A DNA stretch of 64,000 bases from Mantamonas sphyraenae STR306 (taxonomy: Eukaryota; Protista; CRuMs). The DNA lies in assembly GCA_026936335.1 (NCBI GenBank), contig JAPMXV010000032.1:1-64000 (forward strand), read 5' to 3'. Shown piece by piece: positions 45,141-55,255 of this stretch (position 1 is the stretch's first letter; every line of letters starts with the position of its first letter). A model generated the notes under the pieces. The model saw only the letters and a list, made by a program, of their open reading frames with translations. It was not told the origin of the DNA and made no database searches. Made by a program: the position numbers and the translations under genes.

Positions 45141-46644
45141 ATGCTCCAAGCCTGGTGGGACTTGTTGGCCGACTTTGAAACCTGGCTCGACACCCTTCCA
45201 TGGTTCCGTGTCACTCTTGGATTCAGCACCTTTTGCTTTGTGTTTGAATCCTACCTCGATCTGCGGCAAATTTACCATCTCAAGTTCTCCAAGCTGCCCA
45301 ACCAGTTTGCCGGGCTCATTTCCACCGCCGTGTTTGAACACCTGAAACATTACGTGCGTTCCCCACTCCGCCACCACCTTTCACTCTCTGTTCCTTCCCT
45401 CCCTCCGCTCACTCGCCCTCGTTCACACCCACAGAGCTGCAAGCGCATTGCCTTCTACCGCATAGAGGCCACCATCGGCTTCATTTTCGAAATCCTCGTG
45501 GTCTGGACGGGCCTCCTCGTCTGGATGTGGGCCCTCTCCTTGCAGGCACTCCATCTGCTCGGTCTCGACGATTCCTACGTCACCACCCGTGGCGTTCTGT
45601 ACATGCTCCTCGTCTCTGTGTTCTCCACAATCTGCAAGCTGCCCACAGAGCTCGTGCGCCTCCTGCGCATCGACGGATCCCCATCTGCAGCCGGAAACTC
45701 CCTCTCTGCCTGGATTCTCGAACAGCTCGGCATGCTCTCCATGAGCATCATATTTGGCGTGCCTCTCATTGGCCTTGCCCTCATGCTCCTCGAATGGGAT
45801 GCCGAGTACCAGTGGTTCTGTGCGTCTTCGTGTCCCGTCCTTGCCCCACCGCACCACCCAAACACGCGGCTGACCCTCTTCCCAACCTCCCCGCCCCGCA
45901 GACACAATTTTGCTTGTCAGCGTTGTTGGCGTCTTCTTCAGTGACGTCTACCCCAACTTTGTCGCCCCTCTGTTTGACAAGTTTGAGGTGCTGCAAAGCT
46001 CCCGGCTGCGCACACGCATTGTCGATCTGTGCCTCAAGTTGGACTTTCCCCTCGACGATGTGTACCTTGTCAACGGCTCGCGCCGCTCCAACCATTCCAA
46101 CGCCTTCCTGATGGGCATGGGCACGGCGAAAAAGGTCATCCTCTACGACTCGCTCCTCCGCGACTTGGAGGAGGAAGAGGTGCTGGCGATTGTGGGCCAC
46201 GAGATTGGCCATCACAGGTACAACCACATTTGGAAGCAACTGTTGCTTCAGCTCTTTTGCATTGGCGTATTTATGTTTCTGTTCTCCCGCCTGTTCAATC
46301 TGCCCCAGTACAACCGTGCCTTTGGATTCGACTCGTCCAACGTCGCCGTGGGGCTCATCAACTTTTCCTACGGCTACCAGCCGTTTGCCAACGTACTCCA
46401 GTTTGTTACCAATTCTGTCCTGCGCACCTTTGAGTACAGCGCGGATCGATACGCAGCCTCCCACGACCTGACCCAGCTCGAGAACGCCCTCATCAAGATG
46501 CAGGTCAGCAACGTGTCCAACCTCGACCCCGATCGCTTTTACTCGGGCTACCACTTTGCCCACCCGTCGCTCTACGAGCGCATCAAACGGCTCAAGTGGT
46601 TCCGCGAGCAGAAGGCGGTGCAAGAGCACCATAAAAGCGATTGA
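45141..46644 (+). CDS. STE24: CAAX prenyl protease 1 (peptidase M48); join(45141..45353,45435..45819,45902..46644)
   Basis: FESYLDLRQ, APLFDKF, GSRRSNHSNAF, ILYDSLL, zinc motif HEIGH, R.FEY.AD, Y..YHFAHPSL.ERI. Confidence 0.96.
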
Positions 46645-46676
46645 CGCAATTCCACCGCAGTCCCACACGTGTCCTG

Positions 46677-48177
46677 CTACCTTGTGATCATGGTTGCCCG
46701 CACACCAAACTCGTCCAGCAGGTCCTCCACATACTCGGGAGGCTTTTCCAGCTTGCAGCAGATTTCGTCCAGGCTGTGCCTTCCATCGAGCATGGGCAGC
46801 AGTGAAAACACATGCTGCACCTCTACTGCCTTTTCTCGGTCCTTGGAGATGACCACCTGGCCCGTTTCCGCAGAAAGAAGCGGGTAGCTGTGTTGCCGGC
46901 AGAGGAAGCCCTTGACAAGACCAAACAACACCAGATTGCGTTCGTTGATGTTCTTGCTGCGCAGCTGCTGCTGCTCGCACACCTCCAGCACAGTAAATCC
47001 TGGCTGGAAGGCGCTGTAGGCAGAGAACAGCACATCAATGCTGGGCGGATCTTGCTTGGGGTCCAGACGCACAAACTCAAAACACTGTGTCTGCAACTCT
47101 TCATGGTCCGCCAGCTGCTTGATGCTTGCCTGCACGGCGTAGATGTTGGCGTACGCAAACATGTCCACCAGGACCACCACGTTGTACACAAGCAGAAACT
47201 GCACTGCGCGCCGGGCAAGCTCGAGGTCCACGTTGGCCATGACTGCAAGCCGCTTGACGTGTCGTACTCCGTCGATGTAAGGCAACAGCTGCTGCAGGGT
47301 GAGATCCCACTCGGAGATGTCGACGTCTGTGAGGTCAGTCATCACCACAGGTACCTGGTGGTCATGCACACTTGGAGCGTCCTCCAACTCGGGAAACACG
47401 CGCAAGTGCAGTTCGTCTCCCTCCTCTGTGTGCGTGAGCAATCATGCGATACCACAGCCAGAACACACACGCACGAAACCGCGCGTAGCAACGCACAGAC
47501 CAGCAAGGGGCAGCGTGTGAAGTGTGAGTGAACACCAGGCAAGCGGACAAGAGTGGCGAGTGGCAGGCGCACCGCCGATTGGCCAACCCACCCAATATCA
47601 GGTCGAGCTCGCCCTGTTGCATGCCCTCATGCAGCAGCCGCACAATCTCTTCCATGTTGGCCTTGGTTTCCACAGTAGTGAGGTACTCCGAATTGACCTC
47701 CAGGCCCTCGAGCACAGACGCGATCTTGGCCACAACCGGGTGGTACGCGTCCTCGCTGGCCTCCTCGTCAAACACAAAGCAGACGTTGAACAGGTACTCG
47801 TTGCGGTTGTACTTTTCGTCCTCCACCACCACAGGCACACCAACAAACTTGTAGCCCATGGCTGTAACGCTCATGAGCTGGTTTCGCAAGCTGGGGTGGT
47901 TGTTGATCACAAACTCGGACACTGCGTCAAACAGGTCTGCGTTGATGGTGTCCCCCGGGTGTTGATACACAATTTGGGGTCCTTTGTCAATGTCAAACTC
48001 TGAATAAAACACACAAAGCACGCTGGGTCGCTCAGGCAGCTCCCGCTGCAGCTCAAACGCCTTGGCCGCCTCCCGCTTGCTCTTGGACACAAAGGACGTT
48101 TGCGGACGGACAAATGTAGAGTCCCGCCCTTCAGAAGCGGAAGCAACGACGTTGCTGCTGCTGCTTTTGTTGGACAT
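46677..48177 (-). CDS. NPRL2: GATOR1 subunit NPRL2; complement(join(46677..47425,47592..48177))
   Basis: FYSEFD..KGP.I.YQ.P, G.PV.V...KY.RN..LFN.CFVF, WDLT.QQ.LPYIDG..HVK.LA..A.VD, I.ER..V.FGL.KG. Confidence 0.96.
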
Positions 48178-48210
48178 GGGTTGCGCGAGCGCGGGCAAAC
48201 ACTTCACGGC

Positions 48211-49519
48211 ATGAGCATCGATCATCTGCTGAAGAATCGAAAGTGCCGCAACTACCTCAGCCTTTTCCGTGAGGATGACTGGTGCGTAGCTGGCTTCACG
48301 TGGCATGTGCCCTGTGGCTGTGGAGAGGGGCGAAAAGGCCGCGCGCCAAAATCGCCAAACGGCAGCGAAATTGACACGGCCCGTTACACCATACACAGGG
48401 AACGCGTGGTCAAGCTCACACTGATCTACGGAATTCAAACGCTAGAGAGCAACTACCAGGTGACACGCATGACCGTGGAAGAGCTACAGAAGATCCTGGG
48501 TAGGTGCGCCCTGCGCTTCGCACAAACGGATTTTCTGAGCTTGGCTCGTGCAAAACAAGCGCGGAATCCGCCAGGTTGGAACGCCATGCTCACGACATAC
48601 TCACACGGAATATACAGAACGCAACGACTACGCGCAAACGGTCGAGTCGACCATTCCAGCATTGAAGGAGCAGCTGGAGGAAATCACCGACTCGGTGTCG
48701 CACATCGACACGTCGTTCTTGTCGGAGGAGCCCGTGAAGCAAGAAGCCAGCCAGCGCAGCAGCACACACACAGCGGAGAAGGCTGACAGCAGGAAGCAGC
48801 CACGCACGGAAGTCCAGCGCAACACCAAGGAGGGCGCAAACCACACTGCGCGCAAGCAGGCGTGGGCCAACCGCGAGGCGCAGCAACGATCCAAGGTGCT
48901 GCCTGAGAGCAAAGTGGCAATCAAGGAGACGACAGGGAGTGATAAGGAGGTGCAGAAGGATCACATGTGCACAGAAAAGGCAAAGGTGGACAGCGGGGCG
49001 CGAAAGTCATCGAAAGCTGAGTCACACAGCAAGCCGCCGAGCACATGGCGACAGGGCAACAACATTGTGTTTGCACCATACAGTCCCAGCCGACACTTTA
49101 CAGAAACAGAAGAGGGACAACCCGATCTGGACCTGAAGCAGACGGTGGTGGAAGGGATCCACAACAAAGAGGACTTGCGCGAGGCGGAGCACATGATGAA
49201 GCACAGCCACAACACAAAGGGCATGTCTGTAGAGGTGTATCCCGACTGGTGGTTCCACCTGGGCGATGGTGGCGCAGAGGAGGAAGCGCCATCGCAGGAA
49301 AAGAACACAGGCAAGCGAGAGCAGCATCAGCATCAGCATCAGCATCACATGCACAAACACCGCAAGGAATCGTCCCATCCGCGAGAGCAACCTCGCTTGG
49401 CGTACAGCATGCCGGCATCTGCAAACAGCGGGCAGCCTGCCGTGTACGAGAACGACCTTGTGACGACCAAGTATCTGGACGTGGAGCCACGAGTGAACGA
49501 ATGGTATGAACAGCAGCAA

Positions 49520-49553
<34 letters not shown>

Positions 49554-50158
49554 GATCAGTGCAAGAAAGACCGGGCACGGCACACAACAAGATGCGCTCG
49601 ACGGCGAAGGAGGAGCTGTACACACACGGGCGTCACCAGCACCACGGACAGGCGCGTGGGAAAAAACACAGTGTGCGCTTCGACAACCACGAGTACGTCA
49701 ACGAAAGGCCCGTATTTCACAACGATCTGCCGTACGACACGCGCAAGGTGCAGAGCAAGATCAAGCAGGACATAGACCAGTCCAAGGAGTACGCCAAAGT
49801 GCGCAAGCGAGCCAAGCGCCAGGCCTACACAAGTACCCAGCAGCTGTATGGCGATCCATCATGGGAGTATGGCGCCGCTGCAGATGCCTACGGCGACTAT
49901 GCACGTCAGCAAGTTTACCGTCAGACGGCACCGGCTCGCAAGACCAAGATGAACAGCAGCAACAGGCAAAACACGGCGTCGGTGAGCCAAATTGCAGACG
50001 ACTTTCTGGCCAACAACTTTCTTGAGATGTTTGCCAGCAACGAGCAAGGGTATGCTGGGCCAAGCAACATGGTCGACGTGCTCCGTGAGGCCGATCGGGA
50101 CGGTTTCGCTGCTCCCTCGTCCAGTGTGCATTTTGGTGGTGTGGCGTTTGACGTCTGA
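48211..50158 (+). CDS. Hypothetical protein with a small N-terminal helical domain, coiled coil and long disordered tail; join(48211..48281,48399..48499,48618..50158)
   Basis: Two GT-AG introns give the in-frame N-terminus MSIDHLLKNRKCRNYLSLFREDDWERVVKLTLIYGIQTLE, continuing into the 536-aa ORF; contains a polyQ tract. Confidence 0.75.
49511..49549 (+). repeat. (CAG/CAA)n polyglutamine tract
   Basis: 13 consecutive Gln codons. Confidence 0.85.
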
Positions 50159-50186
50159 TGGCAACGATGATTGAACCATGTTCCTT

Positions 50187-51179
50187 TCAGCTCCTCACTG
50201 TGGTTTTCCCATTGCTGTCGACATCTTTCGGCTCGAGATCGTCGAACGGGATGCCGTTCTCTTTCAACCTTGCCTTCAGCCTGTCGATGTGCATGCGCGC
50301 GTTTGTGATGGCTACCGCGTGATTAAACTGGATGGTTTGAAGCTCCTGATGCAGCTCTTCCACTTCGCTCTCGTGGACAGGCAGCGGAATCGATCCCTGC
50401 TCGCTCAGCATCTCCTCCGTCAAGCTCTTGCGCGTGCTTGTGCCGCCGAGGCCTGCCCGTGTGTCTGATTGGGTGGTGCTGGTGCTCGTACTCGTTGTGC
50501 TGCTGGCTCCCGAGCTCTCATTGGTCCCTGCACCGCTGATGCGCACTCTTCTCGCACGGACCTGGGCTCTCAGCATCTCCACCATACTTGAGTGCCTCGT
50601 GCTCGTCTCGGCCTCTTGAGTCGTCGAAGAGCTGCCCTGCCCTGCTCCCACCCCTGTTCGCACAGACGATAGCAGACTCGAGCTTGTTTCTGGCCCTGAC
50701 GTGTCGCTAGAGTCGCCTGAAGAGGTTTGCGAGGCAGGCTGTTCTCCTTCGGAGAGGAGCACCCCGAGCAGCTCACCCAGCGAGTCGCTGTTTCTGCTTT
50801 CCAGACTCTGTTGCCTCACAAGGCCCAACACACTCGGTCGCACCCATGTCGACTCCCGGGTCCTCGAGTTGTAGAAGTACGGGCGATTGGAGGTGGGATC
50901 GCGGTACTCTGTCCATTCGTCGTCGTTGTGGCCTGTGGGATCCACTGTGCCCGGCAAGTCCCTTGCGCTCCACGCGGCCTCGTTTGTGAATCTGTTCAGG
51001 AAGTATGTGCGTCCGCTGTGGTCGCACATCTTGGCCCAGCCTGCCAACTTTTGCTGGCGCGTCAGCGAATACTGCTCTGGCGACTCCCAATCCTCCACGT
51101 CAGGTTCAGAGAGGTCCAGTCGCAGATCATCTTCATCCTCACTTCCGCTGTCGCTGTAACTGTCGTATGCGAAGGACAT
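50187..51179 (-). CDS. Tandem WW-domain protein with C-terminal coiled coil
   Basis: GWAKMCDHSGRTYFLNRFTNEAAW and WTEYRDPTSNRPYFYNSRTRESTWVRP. Confidence 0.9.
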   Translation of the reverse strand: MSFAYDSYSDSGSEDEDDLRLDLSEPDVEDWESPEQYSLTRQQKLAGWAKMCDHSGRTYFLNRFTNEAAWSARDLPGTVDPTGHNDDEWTEYRDPTSNRPYFYNSRTRESTWVRPSVLGLVRQQSLESRNSDSLGELLGVLLSEGEQPASQTSSGDSSDTSGPETSSSLLSSVRTGVGAGQGSSSTTQEAETSTRHSSMVEMLRAQVRARRVRISGAGTNESSGASSTTSTSTSTTQSDTRAGLGGTSTRKSLTEEMLSEQGSIPLPVHESEVEELHQELQTIQFNHAVAITNARMHIDRLKARLKENGIPFDDLEPKDVDSNGKTTVRS

Positions 51180-51237
51180 GGGACAAGTTGGCAGCCGATC
51201 CGCGACACCCAGCCCAACTCTTCCAGTGGTCATTGTC

Positions 51238-52259
51238 ATGTCCAGCATGCAGGCAAACAACCTCAAGCTGCTGCAGCTTATGTTGCAGCAGTCTGAGACG
51301 CTGAACAGTGTGCAGAGCAGCAACAGCAGCAAGCGAAGCGCCATGGCTTCGGTGGACTCCGCGCTGCTCTCCAAGCGCAAAGAACATGCCCAGCTCAAGC
51401 AGCGCGTGGAAGCAGCACAGCGCAGCATTACATTGCGCGACTCCATTGTCAAGGAGCTGCAACAGGTCGACATGGACCAGGGGTCCGCCTTGGACGAGGC
51501 TGCGAGCAAGTTGCGCAAGAAGAGCCGCAAGCGCAAGCTAGAAGAGGTGCAGATCGCCTATCGTCTGACAGGAAAGACCATCTTCCACTTGGAGAATGGG
51601 CGCATTGGGGTGCGCCTCGAAACCATGGACAATGGTGTGTGACGTGTGGTGCCTTGGCGCCAAAATTTTTCTCGTGTGCACAACCTCTTCACAACGCCCC
51701 GCCTCTCACACACTTCCCTTTGCCCACAGGCCAGTACCACGAAACTTATTACGTCATTCTTGACTATGACCACACCAAGGAGCGCCTGGTTGTGTACCGT
51801 CACTCGCTGCCGCACTTTGTGCCCGTTGCCACCTTGGCCCGCAGACACCTCAACCGTGACGTGCACCATTTCCTCGACCACATCTCCCAGTATCTGAATG
51901 CCTATGTGTGTCGACGTGAGCAACTCCACGAGCTCCACCTGGCCCATGGCCGCGGCAAAGGCCGCAGGGTTTCCAGCCTGCTCGCTTCGCAGTCATTCAA
52001 CCAGGTGGAGTTTGTTGGGCGTGCTGCAGACACAGAGCTCCAAGTCCGCCTCCTGTACAAAGAATTGCGCCACACGCGTCCCAGCCACGTCTCGGTCAAG
52101 GCACGCTCTCTCAGCGCTGATCAGGGCGCCGACTACCTCGACGCAAAGCGGCAGCCCGCCAGCAAACGACGCCACCTCGTCCAATCTGCACGTTCACATT
52201 TCAAGCGACAGCGTGTAGGCGAGGCCATGGATGCAGTGGTGGAGCTGAGTGAGGAATGA
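51238..52259 (+). CDS. CENPO: Centromere protein O (CENP-O/Mcm21); join(51238..51634,51730..52259)
   Basis: Coiled coil, then AYRLTG.T, IGVRLET...G.Y.E.YYVIL, V.RHSLP.FVP, L..YLNAYV.RREQ. Confidence 0.92.
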
Positions 52260-52338
52260 AAGAGCGGTTCGTTGTTTCCGGCACCTTCACACACCGCAAG
52301 TACTGGTTGTCCCTCACACTCCCGCACAACATCGCTCC

Positions 52339-54029
52339 TTACAGACTGGACAACAGCTTCTGGGCCTCCTTGTGGTCGTCCCTGTCCTCGGCTGTCTTGG
52401 TAGGCACCTCCAGGGCCTTCTGAAGATACGTGCGCGCCTTGCGCTTGTTGCTTGTGTTGATGTAGCACTTGCCAATCATCAACAGATTCTTCTTGTAGAA
52501 TCCGGGCTCCACCTCTTCGGCCTGCAGAAAATGCTCCAGCGCCTCCTCGTACGAAGAAGACGGCGGCGTGCCAAACAACAGGCTTGCCGCGTTGCGCTCC
52601 AGCCAGGTGATTTCAGCGATGTTGTAGCACCAAACGCCCAGAAGATGGCGCGAAGTGGCGTCTTGCGGGTTCAGCGCCGTCGCACGTTGCCAGTGGTCCC
52701 GGATCTTGAACGAGTTTTTGATCTTTTCGCTCGTGTCCTGCAGACCGCCAAGCGCGCCCAGCAGGATGCCGTACCACTTGTGGCAAGCAAAGTTCTCGCT
52801 TCCCGAGCCTGCCAGCGACGAATCCATCAGTTCGATGGCCTTTGTCAGCAGCTGTTTCTGCGTGTTTGTGCTGTTGCCCTCGCTTGGATCCTGAGCCACC
52901 TCGTACAGAGCACGCGCCAGTCGCCACTGCACCTCGGCTTCTCCCTTGAACTCCTTGTTCAGTCGCTTCACGGCGTCCAGAAGTTGCTGTGTGTGTGTGT
53001 GTGTCCTTGTGAGTCTATGCGCTCGCAAACGTCCACGCCGCGCGCCACCTTCCGCTGCCCCCTGCGTCCACTTACACGACGGCTAAACTCGTCGGGCGTG
53101 TCGTACATCTCGTCCACCTCCTTGAGTCTCTCGTCAAACACGTCCTTGGGGTCCTGTCGTAATGTGCGTGTGTTGTCGGAGCCTCGTCCGTGTCAGCTGC
53201 GCCAAACTCCCCGGCCCTCCCTCGTGCCCTTCGTGGACCTCCTCTCTTTCTCCCCTGCCCAGCCTGCTCGTCGCTCGCTGCAGAAAGGGGGAAAGCACAC
53301 AAGCACACCCGCACGCGCGCTGTGCCCACCCTGTCTCCCAATGTGCACGCAACCTACCTCCTCCACAGCGGGCTCTGCGCTCGTGTTTTCGTCGGCTCCA
53401 GGCAGGGCCAACTCGACCAGACCAGCACCGCCATTGCTGCTGCTGGATGCACCGTTGCCATCCACCAGACGAGACGCATCCACCAGCGTCGTCGAGTTGA
53501 GAACACTCTCGCCGTACTGTTCGCTGTTCATGTCCAGTGCCAGGATGGAGTAGGCACGGCCAAGGTACAGTCGTGCGCGGTTCGCGTTCACCTGGTCGTC
53601 GCGGCTGTTGCACAACGCCAGTGCCGTCTCCCAATGCCGGCAGGCATCCTCAAAGGCAACCAGGCCCGAGCGGAACAGTGCCTCTGCGTCGTTTGCGTCT
53701 GCCACACCTGCCACGCTGCGGCGGCTCACCGCCGTGCTGCTGCTGCTGCTGCTGCTCGTGCTCACGTTCAGCAGGTTGTCCACCTCCAGATCGGCGTCGC
53801 TGTCGCCATCCAGGTCCAACAGGTCGTTCAATGCCGAACTGTTGTCCTGCACCTGCTTCCTGCCCTCCTCACTGCCACCTGACGGCGACGCCCACAGCGC
53901 ATCGTACCCCCACTTCAACGCCACTGCAAGCACAACCGTCGCGCCCACTCCCGCGCCCACCTTGCTTGTCATCGACCATCCATCAAAGTATCCGCCCAGA
54001 TCGTCGTTGCCCAGATCGTCGTTGCTCAT
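52339..54029 (-). CDS. RMDN: RMDN/FAM82 (PTPIP51-like) TPR protein with N-terminal membrane anchor; complement(join(52339..52986,53076..53153,53358..54029))
   Basis: WRLARA, CHKWYGI, KIKN...I..H..RA..LNP.D, LG.WCY..A...W.ER..A..LFG.PP.SSYEEAL.HF..AE...PGF...N. Confidence 0.92.
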
Positions 54030-54090
54030 GTTGCGAAGAAGGAAGGAAGGAAAGAGGTGGTCGCAGTGGCGCCTGCGCCGCCATCCAACC

Positions 54091-54315
54091 ATGTCATCGT
54101 CATCGTCCTCCTCCTCTTCTTCATCCTCTTCCTCGACCTCTTCGGACGCTGATGTCCCCACTGTCGATCCCAAGGAGCACGAGAAGGACATGGAAGTCAA
54201 GGCCAAGGCCGACGGCCTCAGCAAACGCGAGATCCTCTCTGGCAGCAAAGACCTGGACAAGGACCTCAAGAAGGTCGAGATCAAGGGACGCGACGCAGAC
54301 TGCGTCCTCCAGTGA
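54091..54315 (+). CDS. 74-aa protein: poly-Ser, WH2/thymosin-like LKKVE motif, C-terminal CaaX (CVLQ)
   Basis: ATG 61 bp from the RMDN start (head-to-head like neighbouring pairs), strongly C/G-ending codons, ends CVLQ-stop. Confidence 0.75.
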   Translation: MSSSSSSSSSSSSSSTSSDADVPTVDPKEHEKDMEVKAKADGLSKREILSGSKDLDKDLKKVEIKGRDADCVLQ

Positions 54316-54545
54316 TTTCCCACCCGTTCACTTTCTCCATGGCTTGATGACGAATTCCCTGGACCGCTCCCTGAATTTTGCAGAAGGCCATTTCCCTCCC
54401 CCCCGAAACACAACTGTCAAATACACAGCAGCGCAAGACGACCACGTTGCAACCATATCCACATCACTCATCTGCCACATTGTCTTTGCTAATGCCGTCT
54501 ATTTTGTTCTTTGTGCCGCGTGAGCCACTCCTGTGCCGCCGGCCT

Positions 54546-55222
54546 TCATCCGCTGCTGCTGGACGACGAGCCCGCTCCTGTACGCCGTTTTGGGAAACGG
54601 ATGTCAGCACGCGAGGGTGTCAGCAAACGCAATTTGGTGTAAACGGGAGTGATTGCGCGCCCGACATCGCATCCTGTCCCACCTGCGCCCTCAAACGCGG
54701 CCAGCCTACCTGTGCCCTCCCCGGTCACCTTTGGGTCCGTGTACAGGCGGAACACAGTGCTGTACAGTTTCTCGATGCGCTTCACCTCGTACAACCGGTC
54801 CGTTTTGTACTTGTAGCACTGTGCAAACAACGTCCACTCGTGTCAGTTTCCGTCCACCGGCCCTCCAGCGCATTGCAATCGTGGCGCACAACCCTTTCAC
54901 TCACCACCCGGTCATCCGTGATCTTCAGAATAATATAGCCCTGCGCATGGCGGTACTTGGAAGTCATCCGTGTCTGTGCTCCCCATCCATGTCCGCCCGT
55001 GTCAGTGGTCCGTCCGTGCCAACCACTTCCCACCTCGGGAGGCCACCGCCGGCTTACCTTGGACGGATTCATCTCGATCAGCGTCGTGCACGCCTCCTCA
55101 AAGTCATCAAACGAATTCAAGTACACCTACACAGAGCACAACACACCGTACATGCCATTCCTTCACTGTCAGTTCTTCTCCTTGGCCTCGTGCAGGCTCC
55201 CACCCTCACAGCCACCTACCAT
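54546..55222 (-). CDS. SRP9: Signal recognition particle 9 kDa protein; exons 55220-55222 (ATG only), 55058-55126, 54905-54973, 54818 onward (3' end uncertain)
   Basis: M|VYLNSFDDF.EA...L....P.K|TR...KYRH..G...LKITDD.V|C.KYKTD...EVKRIEK. Confidence 0.93.
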
Positions 55223-55255
55223 CTCTCTGACAAACGCTGGCCCGCCCAACGCATC

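Noticed and set aside
54340-54380. C/D-box snoRNA (TGATGA...CTGA)
   Set aside because: The boxes are only ~25 nt apart with no convincing terminal stem or guide.
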